Origin: Leptolyngbyaceae cyanobacterium
Lineage (GTDB): Bacteria > Cyanobacteriota > Cyanobacteriia > Phormidesmidales > Phormidesmidaceae
Length of the DNA stretch: 64,000 nt
Direction of reading: 5' to 3'
NCBI GenBank assembly: GCA_965263355.1
Contig: CBDHHL010000056.1
Coordinates: 1,760,001-1,824,000, forward strand
The translations under genes and the position numbers were made by a program. The notes beneath the pieces are model-generated. The model did no database searches, was not told where the DNA came from, and saw only the letters and a list, made by a program, of their open reading frames with translations. Below are positions 62,548-64,000 of the stretch, one piece after another (positions within the stretch are counted from its first letter, which is position 1; each line of letters begins with the position of its first letter).

Positions 62548-63264
62548 GGATGACAGACGAGAAAATGCCCTAAAAATTTCCGGAAAGACATTTCTTCACC
62601 ACAAGCTCCAGGTTGGCTTAGTTATAGGTTTACATCAGTTAAACTTGTTCTAATTCCATAGAACAAGTTCGACAATTATGAATTCAGACAACAACTGAAA
62701 AGAATCCGTTAATCTACGGTTTTTTAGGGAATCGCTATTGTTGTTGTAGGCCAGTCATTACAAATTCTAAAAACTGTCTCTGAGAAGCTTTATATCTTAA
62801 CTGGGTGCCTCATAATAGGAACATAAATTTGGCGAAAGCATACGTAAGTAGCAGGTAAAAAACTCAGGACGGCACAGCACTGTTTTGACATTGAGCAGCA
62901 ACCATCATTGGATTTAATTTGAATTTTTCGGTCCAACCGTAGTGCTCATAATCTTTAGATACTAGTGAGCTTGGATGTCGTCTTGTTTAAAGCCTGGTTT
63001 TCTGTAGGTTGTAAGTTTTACTGCAGTTAACTTGGTAGCCTCGTTGATTTTAGGCGGAGCGAGTCAGTCTTAGCATTGCGATTGCGATGCTACCGAGACG
63101 ATTGTTTTGGCGCTCTCGTCAAACTTATTGTCAGCATAGTTACTTTTCTAGATCTGATTGGTTACTCAGAGCTTGGTCAATCGTATTGACGTTTTACCAA
63201 GGCTTAGAACATCGTGACTTTGGTTTAGAAAAAATATTGTTAGAGGGGCAAATAGAAGCCAACC

Positions 63265-63909
63265 ATGGTCGCATCTAAACTAAAGCAGTTAAGTAAGCAA
63301 GGACTGCTAATTTTAAGCATCGTCAGCCTCATGGGAGGGATCAAAGCTGCCAGCAACTTTGTCAATGTCGCCGATGCAATTGTCAGTCAGCCACAAACAA
63401 CTTCTAACTCTCCTGATATAGAGACAGCAGAGTTTTTGGTCTGTAGCGAAGTAACTGACTGGCAGCGCCCCAGCCAGGAACAGCAACAAAAGCAGCTGAT
63501 TAGCGATGAACGCTATGGTGCGCTTTTAGAGGATAAAGATTTTCAGCAATTTGCTGCTCAGTTTTGGCAGCACGATGTTCTCAGCTTTACCACTTATGGT
63601 CTCAGTGCGCGCATGGAACCTGTGAATTTATCAGGCCTGCAATCTGTCGCTGATGATGTCTGGACAAATTGCTACAGCCAGGATGAGGGGAATGCTATCA
63701 ATGCAGGCACTCTGGCTGAGGCCTGGCTAATGCATTATCGGGTCGTTGAACTGCAGTGGCAGAACAACCACTATGTCATGGTAGTAGAGCCCAGCAATCA
63801 GGGCATGCAGGTAGTTCAGTTTGCACGTCACGAATCAGAAGCGGCATTACCCCTGACGGTGATCACCCCTCAAGGAACTGTGGTTGACCACTATACTGCT
63901 GACTGGTAA
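63265..63909 (+). CDS. Hypothetical exported/membrane-anchored protein
   Basis: 214-aa ORF, N-terminal hydrophobic segment, two Cys. Confidence 0.7.
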   Translation: MVASKLKQLSKQGLLILSIVSLMGGIKAASNFVNVADAIVSQPQTTSNSPDIETAEFLVCSEVTDWQRPSQEQQQKQLISDERYGALLEDKDFQQFAAQFWQHDVLSFTTYGLSARMEPVNLSGLQSVADDVWTNCYSQDEGNAINAGTLAEAWLMHYRVVELQWQNNHYVMVVEPSNQGMQVVQFARHESEAALPLTVITPQGTVVDHYTADW

Positions 63910-64000
63910 ATGCCTCAACTGGTTTTCAGACAGTCGGCATCGGACAGTACAAACAGTACAATAGGATTTACTCCAGAGCTGTTTCAGCCTGGATATTGTG

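Noticed and set aside
62548..63264. Long intergenic region as ncRNA or small ORF, including the 63-aa ORF at 63087
   Set aside because: No recognisable RNA family, convincing ORF or repeat; cannot be supported without a covariance search

Overview
A mostly core-genome stretch of a cyanobacterial chromosome. The evidence is HIP1 octamers, psb30, cpcL, PSRP-3, ebsA and a groESL promoter carrying both CIRCE and a K-box. Gene style suggests a filamentous, probably non-heterocystous Leptolyngbya-like lineage (inference). Housekeeping genes: ispD, ispF, trmD, hemL, hisIE, groES-groEL, atpD-atpC, ffh, mgdA, cobT, tRNA-Cys(GCA) and tRNA-Arg(UCU). Accessory material: a decayed island after tRNA-Arg (integrase stump, HTH/PIN toxin-antitoxin pair, IS1634 remnant, small HTH), Uma2 and DUF29 genes, a short haemagglutinin-domain gene between groES and atpD, and an orphan DNA methyltransferase. 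Read directly from the DNA and absent from the ORF track: psb30, a 59-aa membrane microprotein, a frameshifted ADP-ribosylglycohydrolase pseudogene, and a two-copy 72-73 bp MITE-like element. Most notable candidates: a PatN-like gene; a holin-less phage-type lysozyme with an unknown N-terminal domain coupled to a sugar ABC permease; the psb30/ykgJ/split UPF0016 cluster; the ebsA-DRTGG-SLOG-MAPEG-yajQ run; and a stand-alone membrane sensor-like protein next to an Npun_F0813-family gene. Family assignments rest on recognised motifs; no database searches were run.
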